Part shown: one piece after another, positions 1 through 10,785 of the stretch
How positions within the stretch are numbered: position 1 is the stretch's first letter
Layout: each line of letters starts with the position of its first letter
Assembly (NCBI GenBank): GCA_016840085.1
Contig: JAEOTA010000052.1
Location: 1-64,000, forward strand
DNA from: Promethearchaeota archaeon
GTDB lineage: Archaea > Asgardarchaeota > Lokiarchaeia > Sigyniarchaeales > SOKP01
Length of the DNA: 64,000 nt
Reading direction: 5' to 3'
The notes under the pieces: model-generated
Database searches by the model: none
What the model saw: the letters and a program-made list of their open reading frames with translations, nothing else
What the model was told of the DNA's origin: nothing
Program-made: the position numbers and the translations under genes

Positions 1-2
1 AA

Positions 3-83
3 AGAACGTGGAGAATTAGAGAGATAAATACTGGAAACATCGCTGAGTTTAAGAATAGAATTATGGGTTTAAAAAGAGCCTAA
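3..83 (+). CDS. 3' end of an unidentified gene (partial at window edge)
   Basis: Open frame RTWRIREINTGNIAEFKNRIMGLKRA* ending at TAA 81-83, followed by T-rich sequence. Confidence 0.4.
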   Translation, partial: RTWRIREINTGNIAEFKNRIMGLKRA

Positions 84-361
84 TCAAATTTGTCGAGTGA
101 GTGGGTTTTGACATTTAAGTTTTTTTTCAAAAAGTAAATAATTCAATAATTATTTCTTAATAAAGAAAACAGTTATAGTGTACCACATGCTTAGATGTAT
201 GCCCAATTAATAAAAAATTTAAAATAAAAAATATAGGATCTTAAAACAACAAGCTGATCAAGAATCATCATTAATCGCAAGAAATATAATAATTAATGGA
301 GTAAATGAAATTAAAGAAAAAGTTAATAAAATAGAAAAATCGAATAAATAACAATATTCTT

Positions 362-2122
362 ATGGATAACGAAGAAATTAAAAAAATCCTCTGGATCAAT
401 GGTTTGAAAAATGCGGTAGAATTTGGTGGGATCCCAAATAAGAAAGCGGTTATGGGAAGGTTAATGGCTGAAAAAAAAGATCTCCGATCTCAAACCCACA
501 TTATTATTCCAATTTTGGATAAGATTATAGAAGAGATTACCAATTTGAGTTTGGAGGAACAGACGAAAAAATTATTGTACTTAGATCCAAATGCTCTTGA
601 AAAAAAAGGAACAAAAGAAGAGAAAAAAGAATTACCCTCATTACCAAATATTGATAAATACAAGAAAGTAGTTATGCGGTTAGCCCCTTATCCCAGTGGT
701 GCATTACATATTGGAAATGCAAGGATGATTGTACTAAACGATGAGTATGTGAAAAAACATAATGGAGAACTTATACTATTTTATGATGATACAATTGGAA
801 GTCCTAAATCATTAAGAGATAGTCCGAAAGCTAAATATGTTTTACCAGAAGCATATGATTTAATAAAAGAAGGATTGGAATGGTTAGGTGTAAAATATTC
901 TAAAATACTTTATAAAAGCGATCGTTTGGAGATTTTTTATGATTATTGTGAGAAATTAATTAAAGATCATATCGCATATGTGTGCTTTTGCTCTGCTAAT
1001 GATTTCAGGGAAAAATATAAGAAAAAAAAAGTAGAATGCCCTCATAGGAATCAGTCGATTGAAAAGAATTTAGAGGAATGGAAAGCTATGCTAAATAAGA
1101 AATACCATGAAGGTGAAGCGGTTGTAAGACTAAAAACAGGAATGGATCAAAAGGATCCAGCTTTAAGAGATCAAATCATAATGAGGATATCCGAAGCAAA
1201 ACATCCAAGAGTAGGTAATAAATATATCATATGGCCAATGTTGGAGTACTCATGGGCAATTGATGATTATTTAATAGGCGCTTCTCATATATTAAGAGGA
1301 ATAGATTTAGTTAAGGAAGGTATTATCGAGGTATTTATTTGGGATCATTTTGGTTGGAAAAAAGCAGAACTACTGTATTATGGAAGACTCAATTTTGCTG
1401 ATATGAAATTAAGTAAAACAGAATCAAGAAATAATATACAAAAAGGCAAATATCAAGGGTGGGACGATCCAAGAACTTGGAGTTTACAATCTCTCAAGAA
1501 GCGTGGAATTAAACCTCAAGCATTAAGAGAATCCTTATTAGATCTCGGTATGTCTCAGTCTGGTATTACATTTTCGGTAAATTGGTTATATTCAAAAAAT
1601 CAAGATATAATTGATGAAATTTCAGAACGATACTTTTACGTTGAAGATCCAATATCAATTATCATTAATGATGTTCCCTCTGAAGAATATGTTGCTGAGC
1701 CCTTGTTGCTGCCTACAAACCCAGAAAGAGGGAAAAGAAAAATCAAATGTATTGTAAGAAATAAAAAATTGAGTGTATATATTGCTTTATCAGACGCTAA
1801 AGATATACAAGAAAATCAAATCATAAGGTTAAAGGATTTGATAAACATTCAAATTAGATCTAAAGATCTTAACAAAAAAATAGTAAGAGCCTCATTTCAT
1901 AGTAAGGAATTAAAAAGAGACTTTTCAATTATACACTGGGTACCTAAAGAGGAGTATATAAAGGTTTCAATTATTAAATCTGATGGTTCTCTATCACAAG
2001 GATTTGGAGAACTAAACCTTTTAAAAATCCCTATGAATAATACTATACAATTCGAACGTTTTGGTTTTGTAAATCCTATTGAATTAAAAGGGGATTGTCT
2101 CTTCTGTTATTTTACTCACTAA
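362..2122 (+). CDS. gltX: Glutamate--tRNA ligase (archaeal type)
   Basis: RLAPYPSGALHIGN (HIGH motif), KLSKT (KMSKS motif), GWDDPR, C-terminal QFERFGF. Confidence 0.96.
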   Translation: MDNEEIKKILWINGLKNAVEFGGIPNKKAVMGRLMAEKKDLRSQTHIIIPILDKIIEEITNLSLEEQTKKLLYLDPNALEKKGTKEEKKELPSLPNIDKYKKVVMRLAPYPSGALHIGNARMIVLNDEYVKKHNGELILFYDDTIGSPKSLRDSPKAKYVLPEAYDLIKEGLEWLGVKYSKILYKSDRLEIFYDYCEKLIKDHIAYVCFCSANDFREKYKKKKVECPHRNQSIEKNLEEWKAMLNKKYHEGEAVVRLKTGMDQKDPALRDQIIMRISEAKHPRVGNKYIIWPMLEYSWAIDDYLIGASHILRGIDLVKEGIIEVFIWDHFGWKKAELLYYGRLNFADMKLSKTESRNNIQKGKYQGWDDPRTWSLQSLKKRGIKPQALRESLLDLGMSQSGITFSVNWLYSKNQDIIDEISERYFYVEDPISIIINDVPSEEYVAEPLLLPTNPERGKRKIKCIVRNKKLSVYIALSDAKDIQENQIIRLKDLINIQIRSKDLNKKIVRASFHSKELKRDFSIIHWVPKEEYIKVSIIKSDGSLSQGFGELNLLKIPMNNTIQFERFGFVNPIELKGDCLFCYFTH

Positions 2123-2271
2123 ATATTTTGAAACATTATATTCTAAATAACTCATCAAAATATTATGATAATTAAAGTTCTATTAAAAAAAATTTAATAA
2201 TTAACGATATAATTATAACTGTATAAGAATAGAAATAGCTTATAAAACTAATTAATAAGATACTGAAGTCG

Positions 2272-4173
2272 ATGCCTCATCTACCCTGTAAAAAGTGCGG
2301 TAGTTGTTTGCCCTTAGTTAAAGGGGCTGTTATTCAGTGTCCTTATTGTGGGTCAAAAACTTTTTATATAGAATCAGTTTACTCTTTTAAATATTATATT
2401 TCAGAGATCTTGAATCTCACATCAATAAAACAGAAAAGAAAAATTGATGATAGAGAGCTTGAGAGAAGAAAATTACTTATTAAATCATATTTTCATAAGA
2501 TATATACTAAATTCAATGAATATAGGCATTTAGTAATTACAAAATTAGACGAAATTAATATTGATCTGGTAAAATTATTCAATTTAATTCGAGAAGCAGG
2601 TAATTTTGAGATTATTATCGAAGAATTTCTTTTAAACCATTTACCAGAAGGTAATGGAAAAATTAAATTTCAAGAAATTAGAGATTTATCTTATCTTATT
2701 AATAAATCTCTATTAGGATTATATTATAGCTATTTAGCTAAAGATATAAAACATATTGACCATTGCTGTAAATTCTATTATTATGCTGAACGAAATTTTC
2801 AGAATGTTGTAGATTATTGTCATATCACAAAATTTGAAAATGAAGCTTCACCGATCTGTAAAAAGGAAGAAATTTATTCTATTCTTGTTAAATTTGTATC
2901 TATTCTAAGAAATATCTTAAATAAAAATCCAAGGTATTACTCTGAGAAATTAGAAGATTTGCTTGAACGTTTGGGAAAAATTGGAGAAGCAGATATTCAA
3001 ACATATAATTTATATACGCAAATCGATCATATATATCAATTAGAACGAGATACCACTGTATTATTGGAAAAAGTAAGAATCGATAATCCGTTTTCGCAAG
3101 CAGAACCATTGAATGAGAATTTAATACTTAACATGGAAGATGATATTAAAAAATTAAATCATATAAGAAATTGGATTAAAGACATATCTGAAAAATTTTA
3201 TATTTATCAAAAAAATCTTCTAAAATTACATTCTGGAAGGTTAGTCAAATATTTAGGATCTTATCGTGAGGAATTTTTAAGCTATAAAAACAAGAATGCT
3301 GAGAAGATTGATGATTTATTAGGAACTATGGTAAATAAAGCATTAGATACTTATAATTCAGAAATTATTGAAGCTTTAGATATTTTAAGTTATTTTATGC
3401 AGAAAAACATTTATAATAAAGAAGTTATAGAAAGATTTGAAATTGAGCATGATGATTTTATCAAAATGGAGGAGTTACTCAAAAATTTTATTAATAATTT
3501 GTTTAAAAGACCACTTCTCAGAAATATTGAATCTGAATATTATAAAAAACTAATTTCTCTAATTTCAGGCAAACGCACTGAATTTGATAAAAATATCTTA
3601 AAATATATTGATCGTTTACTAAAAGATTTTGAAGAAATTAGAAATAAGAAAGTGTTGTCCTTAGAAGAACAACGTAATCAGTTTAGTTTAGAGATTAAAC
3701 CTAATCTTCAGAAACTCATTAATTTAAGTTTTACTTTAAATGAAGAAAATTTACCATATCCACTTTTCATAGATATAAGTTTTGAAAACAAAAAATTAAA
3801 AGTAGATTACCCAGAAATCGTTACTCTTACAATAGAAAATCCAAATTTAACAGATATAAAGGATATAAAAATTTATTTCTTTATGCCAGACTCTTTTCAA
3901 TCTAAATTAAAATTTACAAATATTAAAAGATTAAAAGCCAATGAAACGAGAAAAATAAAAACTAGAATCATACCAAGAGAACGGGGAACATTTTTATCTA
4001 TGGTTATGATGGAATATCAGCATACTAACAAAACATTTTGGATGCCCTCAATTAAATTTGAATTAGAAGTTGAAGATATTAAGAGGTATGCATATCATCC
4101 TATAAATAAAGCCAGTTATGAGCATGTACTTGAGGCTAACCATCGGTTAAAATTTATTAGAAGTTTTATTTAA
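2272..4173 (+). CDS. Zn-ribbon + long helical region + C-terminal Ig-like beta-sandwich protein
   Basis: N-terminal CKKC..CPYC; helical middle; C-terminal VTLTIENPNLTDIKDIKI..LKANETRKIKTRIIP Ig/ear-like pattern. Confidence 0.6.
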   Translation: MPHLPCKKCGSCLPLVKGAVIQCPYCGSKTFYIESVYSFKYYISEILNLTSIKQKRKIDDRELERRKLLIKSYFHKIYTKFNEYRHLVITKLDEINIDLVKLFNLIREAGNFEIIIEEFLLNHLPEGNGKIKFQEIRDLSYLINKSLLGLYYSYLAKDIKHIDHCCKFYYYAERNFQNVVDYCHITKFENEASPICKKEEIYSILVKFVSILRNILNKNPRYYSEKLEDLLERLGKIGEADIQTYNLYTQIDHIYQLERDTTVLLEKVRIDNPFSQAEPLNENLILNMEDDIKKLNHIRNWIKDISEKFYIYQKNLLKLHSGRLVKYLGSYREEFLSYKNKNAEKIDDLLGTMVNKALDTYNSEIIEALDILSYFMQKNIYNKEVIERFEIEHDDFIKMEELLKNFINNLFKRPLLRNIESEYYKKLISLISGKRTEFDKNILKYIDRLLKDFEEIRNKKVLSLEEQRNQFSLEIKPNLQKLINLSFTLNEENLPYPLFIDISFENKKLKVDYPEIVTLTIENPNLTDIKDIKIYFFMPDSFQSKLKFTNIKRLKANETRKIKTRIIPRERGTFLSMVMMEYQHTNKTFWMPSIKFELEVEDIKRYAYHPINKASYEHVLEANHRLKFIRSFI

Positions 4174-4265
4174 AAATTATATCCTAAAATTACTAACTTT
4201 TTCCAATAATGGAACATTCTTAGAAAACTTGAAGTAGATAAATGCAACAAATTTAAAATTGATTC

Positions 4266-5605
4266 CTATGAAAAAAATACATTTACGTTAGCACCAAACA
4301 TCTTTTGAATGTCTTTAATATCGTTACTGCTTATCGGATTTCCTATGAGGTCAACTTCCTGTAGTTCTGGTAATTGTGGAAAATCTCTAACTTTCGAGAT
4401 ATTATTTTTATAAAATGAAATCTCCTTAAGACGTGTGAGGTTCTCAATCCCCTTTATTTCAGAAATCTTATTGGAATTAAGTATCAACACCCTCAAATTC
4501 CTAAGATTTTCTAATCCTTGAATCTCTGAGATTTGATTCCCCCCAGAGCTAATTTCCTTAAATCTCTAAGAGTCTCAAGCCCTTCAATAGCTTTGATTTT
4601 GTTATCCCAAAGGCTTAAAACTTTTAACTTTGTTAGACTCTCAAGCCCTTCTATCTTTTTGATTTGATTACTGGAAAGATTTAAAAACTCTAATTCTGTT
4701 AGATTCTCAAGCCCCTTAATCTTAGAAATGTGATTTAAGGGGAGTGAAAGATGTCTTAGATATCTTAGATGATCAATATTTTTGATTTCGCAGATTTTAT
4801 TCATGTTCAAGGCAAGTTCTCTTAAATAAGTAAAATTGTCAAGTCCTTTAATTTCAACGATATAGTTCTGGAGAAGGGCTGAACGAGTAATATCTGTAAG
4901 CGATTTGAGTTCTTTAATGTCAGTTATATCATTAATTGGCTTTAAATGATCATACTTACGAGTAAAAGATGCCGAAAATTCCTTTGGTCGAATTTTTTTT
5001 TTATACCCCTGTAATTCGTGCTTGTCAAAAAGGTGTGCTCTTTCATCTTTTGAAAAATATATGTTCGCAAAATACGCAGTAGTATAAAGTTCATTGAGCA
5101 TTTCATTGATTATCTCTCTCTCCTCGAAATTAAAGTCGCGTAAGAACCCTCCCTCAAGAAAAAAAAGCTTCATTTGATTCGAACCGTTAATAAACCGAGT
5201 AATTATCTCATCCTTAAAAATCCTTTTAGCTCTGATGTCACCTAACCTACATAATTCTTTTAAAAGAGGGAAGGCTAAACTATGATGCAGGATTCTCGTG
5301 TCATAATCACTTTCTATCCACACTTGAATATTCGAACAATGACCCCAAAATTCCTCTTCTGGGCTCAAATCTGATTGATTGTATCCCGGACGAGGATATA
5401 CTTGCTCTAAATCGTCAATAGAAGTAATATCATCATATTTATCCAATCTTTTTATTGGAATATGAATCATTAAGGACTTACATTGTCTAAATAATCGATT
5501 GTTGACATAAATATTCGTCCTACCTCTCTCTAATTTCAGAGAAATGTGCCTATTAAGCTGAACTTCATTTCCTTTAAAATGAGGATAAATAATTTTATTA
5601 TGCAT
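4266..5605 (-). pseudogene. Lokiarchaeal LRR protein, frameshifted at a G6 run (4539-4544)
   Basis: Family N-terminal domain (SLKLERGRTNIYVN..EEEFWGHCSNIQVW) plus SDS22-like LRRs. One extra G joins ORFs 4511-5605 and 4266-4496 as LALGGNQISEIQGLENLRNLRVLIL, 446 aa. Confidence 0.85.
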
Positions 5606-5699
5606 TGCTAAACTTAATTATATTTCTACTATGATACGAAGGAATTACCCATATAAAAAAATATGGTGCTATTTAAATTATTTATTACCTAAGAAATGA

Positions 5700-6026
5700 T
5701 CTAAGCCCAATTGGGTGCTTGGATCTTCTCCAATCATAATTGTATCGCCTGAAGGAAATAATCCTAAGTTAATTAACTATAACAATTTTCTAAGTTATGG
5801 AGCAAATTTTATCGCAGTCAAGGATTTCGGCTCAAGACAATTAATGAAGGAAGTTATTGATCTCTTCAGAGAATATTATATGCTGAGGATTCCATCTCGA
5901 AGAGAAAAGATTGACAAATATATGGACTTCTTTGAAAGTTTATTCGCCTTAACAGAGGGAAGATTGTATATTAAATTCCCATGGAATAAGCTCAAGGTAG
6001 TTAAAAATGGAATATCTTTTGGATGA
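5700..6026 (+). pseudogene. Probable 5'-truncated C-terminal fragment of an unknown protein
   Basis: Open frame from just after TGA 5697-5699 to TGA 6026; no convincing start or RBS; no motif recognised. Confidence 0.4.
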
Positions 6027-6221
6027 AGAGGCAAAGAAAAGTTTATCTAATTTTTTTTTTTATTTTTACTTATCTTTACTAAATTTACAACCATAGTAGA
6101 ATAATGAAGATAGTCGAAAATATATTAAAAATATCATCAAGAATATCATTGGAACTTTAAATTTATATTTAATATAAAAAGTAAAATTTTTAGTAGTTAA
6201 ACTTCTTCCTCTAATTTAACA

Positions 6222-7304
6222 ATGAACGATAAAGAAATTCAAAAAAAATCTAGCTATGAAGAAGAATTTATATATTGCCCTATTTGTGGGGCTAAGCTTC
6301 CACAAGTTCAAAACATTAAATTTTGTGTAAAGTGTGGTACAAATATCGACTTTATCAGAGAACACAAACAATTACCACCTCGACAAATAACTAATCCATA
6401 TAGAATAACTACGGTACAACCTCAATATCCTCCTTCTTTTATTGATTATGGACCTGCAAAAATATCAGATGATACTATTCTCAATACTAAAGATCGTAAA
6501 TTGTGGAGTACACTTACATCTATTGGATTACCTTTAGGAGCGTTTCTTGCATTAGAATTATTATTAGCAGGGTTATTTACAATAATAATATTTTTTACTT
6601 ATGATTTAGATATACTCTATGATCTAATCTCTAATTCTTATTTTACTATACTAATTTCTCTTTTTGAATTCGTTTTTATTATTTTTCCAGCGCTATATGC
6701 TGGAAAATATCTTCAGAATCCAACTTTAAAAAATAGATTAACTTTATTGGGTTTTACATCAAAAGGTTATGAGAGAAAAAAAATCATTAAAGAGATTTTA
6801 ATAGGGCTAGGTTTTGCGGTAATTGGATATATTGTTGTAATATCTGTGTCGATACTTATTGAGGTTATTTTAGAACTAGGTCTAGGAATCGAAATAGTAA
6901 CTGATGATAGTAGTATAGAGGGGTCTATAATTCCCTCTGATATTTTAAGTTTAATCCTCTTTGTTGTAGTTATGATATTAATTGTGGGAACATCTGAGGA
7001 GATTCTATTTAGAGGGTTTATGCAAAAAGGCTTAGTACGGAATTTAGGAAATAGATGGGGATTAATCTTAACTGCATTTATCTTTTCAATAATTCACTTA
7101 ATTGGAATCTTTCTCCTAATGGAATCACCTGTAACTATTTTTATATCTTTTATTATATCATTTATCCCTTATTTTGCAATTTCCTTAATTTTAGGATGGC
7201 TATACTATTGGAGAGATGAAAATTTGATTGCAAATATGATTTGTCATGGTGTATACAATGCCTTAACGATTATTTTAGCCTACATTTTTATAGGAGCATT
7301 TTAA
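6222..7304 (+). CDS. Zn-ribbon-fused CPBP/Abi (CAAX-type II) intramembrane metalloprotease
   Basis: CPIC..CVKC; EEILFRG, FSIIH and HGVYN motifs; multiple TM helices. Confidence 0.9.
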   Translation: MNDKEIQKKSSYEEEFIYCPICGAKLPQVQNIKFCVKCGTNIDFIREHKQLPPRQITNPYRITTVQPQYPPSFIDYGPAKISDDTILNTKDRKLWSTLTSIGLPLGAFLALELLLAGLFTIIIFFTYDLDILYDLISNSYFTILISLFEFVFIIFPALYAGKYLQNPTLKNRLTLLGFTSKGYERKKIIKEILIGLGFAVIGYIVVISVSILIEVILELGLGIEIVTDDSSIEGSIIPSDILSLILFVVVMILIVGTSEEILFRGFMQKGLVRNLGNRWGLILTAFIFSIIHLIGIFLLMESPVTIFISFIISFIPYFAISLILGWLYYWRDENLIANMICHGVYNALTIILAYIFIGAF

Positions 7305-7330
7305 ATTTAAAACCATTATTAAAGGTAAAT

Positions 7331-8191
7331 ATGAACTTATTACATAAATTTGAATTGTTAGCTAAAGGAAAGGATATAAAAATTGGAATAGGATTGGGAG
7401 AATCGGATTTTCATAACCAAAAAATCCTGAAAGCAAGTAAGTCTTTTTTAGAGGAGTATAAGTCGGAAATTTTAATCTTTGGAAATAAAAGGTTTTTAAA
7501 TTCCCTGAAGAAACAAGTTTCTACTAAAAAAGGCCAATCACATCTTAGATTAATCGATTGTGAAAATCCAGAAGAAAGTATTTATGAATTTTTTAATAAT
7601 AATATGATTCAAGCTATTGTTAGAGGGTCATTAAGTTCAAGTAAATTTCTAAAAAACCTAAAAAAATCGTTGAATATCACGGATATAAATAGACTTGCAT
7701 TACTGGAAACAATTAAAGGACACCAATTCTTTTATGGGCCAGTTGGTATTGATGAATGTAATACGTTAGAAAGAAAAAGGGTATTTATAGAGAATGCATT
7801 AAAACAGTTTGGAATACTTGATATTACCCCTAAAATTAGTATTTTAAGTGGTGGTAGGGAAAGTGATATCGGCAGAGATGATAAAGTAGATGAGACAATT
7901 AAAGATGCCGAAAACTTAGTTCAGATATTGAGAGAGATATATCCTGAATTAAGCATTACTCATGATGAAATTTTAATAGAAAACGCCATTGAAAAGAAAT
8001 CGAATTTAATTATTGCTCCTGATGGTGTTTCAGGTAATCTAATATATCGTACACTAGTCCATTTAGGAGGGGGAAAAGCTTATGGTGCGATTTATATAGG
8101 GATAGAAAAAATTATAATAGACACTTCTAGAGTTGGTGAATTTTCTGAAATTTATGGTGCTTTATTACTAGCACTTGCTTTATCAAGATAA
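7331..8191 (+). CDS. mtxX: MtxX / methanogenesis marker 4-like protein (phosphotransacetylase-like fold)
   Basis: VRGSLSS, GPVGIDE, LSGGRESDIGR, APDGVSGNLIYRTLVHLGGG, DTSR motifs; ATG at 7331. Confidence 0.8.
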   Translation: MNLLHKFELLAKGKDIKIGIGLGESDFHNQKILKASKSFLEEYKSEILIFGNKRFLNSLKKQVSTKKGQSHLRLIDCENPEESIYEFFNNNMIQAIVRGSLSSSKFLKNLKKSLNITDINRLALLETIKGHQFFYGPVGIDECNTLERKRVFIENALKQFGILDITPKISILSGGRESDIGRDDKVDETIKDAENLVQILREIYPELSITHDEILIENAIEKKSNLIIAPDGVSGNLIYRTLVHLGGGKAYGAIYIGIEKIIIDTSRVGEFSEIYGALLLALALSR

Positions 8192-8199
8192 TTTATTTT

Positions 8200-10668
8200 T
8201 TAATTTTTGTTAATAATTACCTTAGTAAAGAATTGTTTGTCTTTTTGTTTAAGAATTAAAGGTTCACCTACAATTGAAAATCTTCCTGTTAATTTGACAT
8301 CCTTCTTAGCAAATAAGTCTTCCCTTAGATCTAATTGCCTTGAATCATAATTTGAATGAATACTCCCAATATACACATCAATATATCCTGGTTCAACAAT
8401 AAAATTCATATTTTCATTATAGAACCCAAGTTGTTTCATAGAAATTATAAAACTAATTCTTGTACTTTCTCTAGGTTCTAGAGTTATTCGCTTGAACCCC
8501 AATAATTCTTCCACTGGACGTGTAATAGTAGCTTCACGATCATGTAAATATAATTGCATTACTTCATCACCCCTAATTTTACCTGTATTTTTAAGGTTTA
8601 ATGAAATCTCAACTGACCCATTAATATCTACTTCTGAGGGGTTAATTTCTAGATTACTATATTCAAATTGAGTATAACTTAACCCAAATCCAAACGGAAA
8701 TAATGGTTCTGTATTTTCTTCCACATAATTCCATGTCCAGACAGAGAGATTACCTGTAGGTTTATTATTATGAAAAACAGGAATCTGTCCTGTATTTCGC
8801 GGGATTGATATTGGTAATTTTCCTCCAGGATTATAATCACCGAATAACACATCAACAACAGCATTCGCGCCCTCTTCCCCGGGTAACCAAGCTTCTATGA
8901 TTGCGGGGATATGGTCTTTTTCCCAAGGAATTGATAAAGGACGTCCATTTATTAAAATTAAAACTATAGGTGTTCCAGTAGAATATATTTCACGAATTAA
9001 CTCTTCTTGGACTCCAGGTATAGTTAATCTATTACGATCTCGACCCTCTCCGCTTGTACAATCCTTTATCATTCCAGATTTTCCCCCCAAAACAAGAACG
9101 GCAACTTCAGATTTTTTAGCCAATTCTATAGCATTTTTAAAATCATTTCTATCATCTCCAAGAATTTTACACCCCTCTGTGTAAAAAACATTAGTAGTCG
9201 TGGAAATTTTTTGTTTAATTGCTTCCAAAATACTTTTAATACCGTATATCTTTCGAGTAAACAAATCTTTATCTTTACTTTCAATTATATCTTTAAAAAA
9301 TGCAGCTGTTTCTTCATCAAGATCACGAATTCCTGTAGCATTGGTTGCTGAAGCTTCAAATTGGCTTATAAACGTATAATCTCCCAGTAGATTGCGCACA
9401 CTATTAGCATTTGGGCCTATAACAGCTATATTTTTAAGATTTTTCTTAAGAGGCAAAAGATTATTATCATTCTTTAATAATACTATAGACTTTTGAGCAA
9501 TCTTTCTTGCAAGTATTTTAGTTTTTGTGTTTGAAAATACATCAGTTATTTTTTCAATCTTCTCTTCTACATAAGGTTTTTCAAATAAACCAAGTTCGAA
9601 CTTTTTTCTAAGAATTCGGGCAACTGAACGATTTAGCAACTCTTCACTAACTTTACCATTTTTTACAGTTCGTATAAAACCGTTTCCATATCCTACGGTT
9701 CTAGGTAATTCAATATCTAAGCCAGCTTTGATCGCGAGAATTGCTGCTTCAGTAGGATTAGAAGCTACGCGGTGTAACCTACATGCAAGATCGATTGTTA
9801 CATAATCTGATACAACAATTCCAGTGAATCCCCATTTATTTCTTAAAAGATCGGTTAATAATTCATGAGAAATACCACATGGAATTCCATCAATTTCATG
9901 ATATGCGTTCATCACTGAACCCATATTAGATTCAGTAATAGCAACCTCAAAGGGTTTTGAAAATATTTCCAATAATTCTCGCTTCGGTATAAATGCAGGA
10001 GCCCAGTTTCTACCTCCCTGTGATAATCCATATCCTACAAAATGCTTGCCAGTAGCTATTATTCCTGTTTTTAAGGAGTCTCCCTGTAATCCCTTTACAT
10101 AAGCTGCTCCCATTCGAGATACAAGATAAGGATCTTCTCCAAAAGTCTCTTCTGTTCGACCCCATCTAGGATCCCGTGCAATATCAAGAACAGGAGAGAG
10201 TCCCTGATGAGCACCAACTGTTCTCATTTGTTTTTTAATCTCACTAGTCATAGCTTCTGCTAAATCTGGATCCCATGTAGAAGCTAATCCAATCATCTGC
10301 GGAAATATTGTTCCATTTCTAGCACAATACCCACTTAAACATTCCTCATGAACGATTGTCGGAATGCCAAGACGAGTTTCTTCCTTTAAGAATCTTTGTA
10401 TTTCATTAGCTATTTTTACTGACTCTTGGGGTTTTATTTTTAAACTTCCCCCTAATCTTGTAATTTGTCCAATCCCATGGCGAAGTTTTCTCTTCATTTT
10501 CTCTAAAGACAACTTATTTGATTCCATCAGATCAATTGGGTAAAATGACCCAAGTTGAGCTACTTTTTCTTCAATGCTCATTCTTGAAATTAGGTCTTCA
10601 ACTCTTTTCTCAATAGAATGAGTAGGATCTAAATAAATTGGCTTAATTCTTTTCTCTTTTGAATTCAT
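8200..10668 (-). CDS. Glycoside hydrolase family 3 (beta-glucosidase/xylosidase) with FnIII domain
   Basis: RDPRWGRTEETFGED, KHF, VVSDY nucleophile, PLFPFGFGLSYT. Confidence 0.95.
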   Translation of the reverse strand: MNSKEKRIKPIYLDPTHSIEKRVEDLISRMSIEEKVAQLGSFYPIDLMESNKLSLEKMKRKLRHGIGQITRLGGSLKIKPQESVKIANEIQRFLKEETRLGIPTIVHEECLSGYCARNGTIFPQMIGLASTWDPDLAEAMTSEIKKQMRTVGAHQGLSPVLDIARDPRWGRTEETFGEDPYLVSRMGAAYVKGLQGDSLKTGIIATGKHFVGYGLSQGGRNWAPAFIPKRELLEIFSKPFEVAITESNMGSVMNAYHEIDGIPCGISHELLTDLLRNKWGFTGIVVSDYVTIDLACRLHRVASNPTEAAILAIKAGLDIELPRTVGYGNGFIRTVKNGKVSEELLNRSVARILRKKFELGLFEKPYVEEKIEKITDVFSNTKTKILARKIAQKSIVLLKNDNNLLPLKKNLKNIAVIGPNANSVRNLLGDYTFISQFEASATNATGIRDLDEETAAFFKDIIESKDKDLFTRKIYGIKSILEAIKQKISTTTNVFYTEGCKILGDDRNDFKNAIELAKKSEVAVLVLGGKSGMIKDCTSGEGRDRNRLTIPGVQEELIREIYSTGTPIVLILINGRPLSIPWEKDHIPAIIEAWLPGEEGANAVVDVLFGDYNPGGKLPISIPRNTGQIPVFHNNKPTGNLSVWTWNYVEENTEPLFPFGFGLSYTQFEYSNLEINPSEVDINGSVEISLNLKNTGKIRGDEVMQLYLHDREATITRPVEELLGFKRITLEPRESTRISFIISMKQLGFYNENMNFIVEPGYIDVYIGSIHSNYDSRQLDLREDLFAKKDVKLTGRFSIVGEPLILKQKDKQFFTKVIINKN

Positions 10669-10785
10669 ATCATCTCAACTTAATGTGAAAAAATCCTAAT
10701 TTCCTTTATAGTATAAATAGTATCTAATTTAAAAAAATTAAGAGAAATAATTCCAGAAATGATGCTAATAAAATATTTAATTCTA

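Noticed and set aside
225-350. Short open frame KYRILKQQADQESSLIARNIIINGV..
   Set aside because: No start codon and about 40 aa; cannot be told from chance or a decayed gene.
785-850. Possible in-frame intron in gltX (SPKSLRDSPK insert)
   Set aside because: No BHB could be folded; looks like a small duplication (AGTCCTAAA/AGTCCGAAA) in a variable loop.
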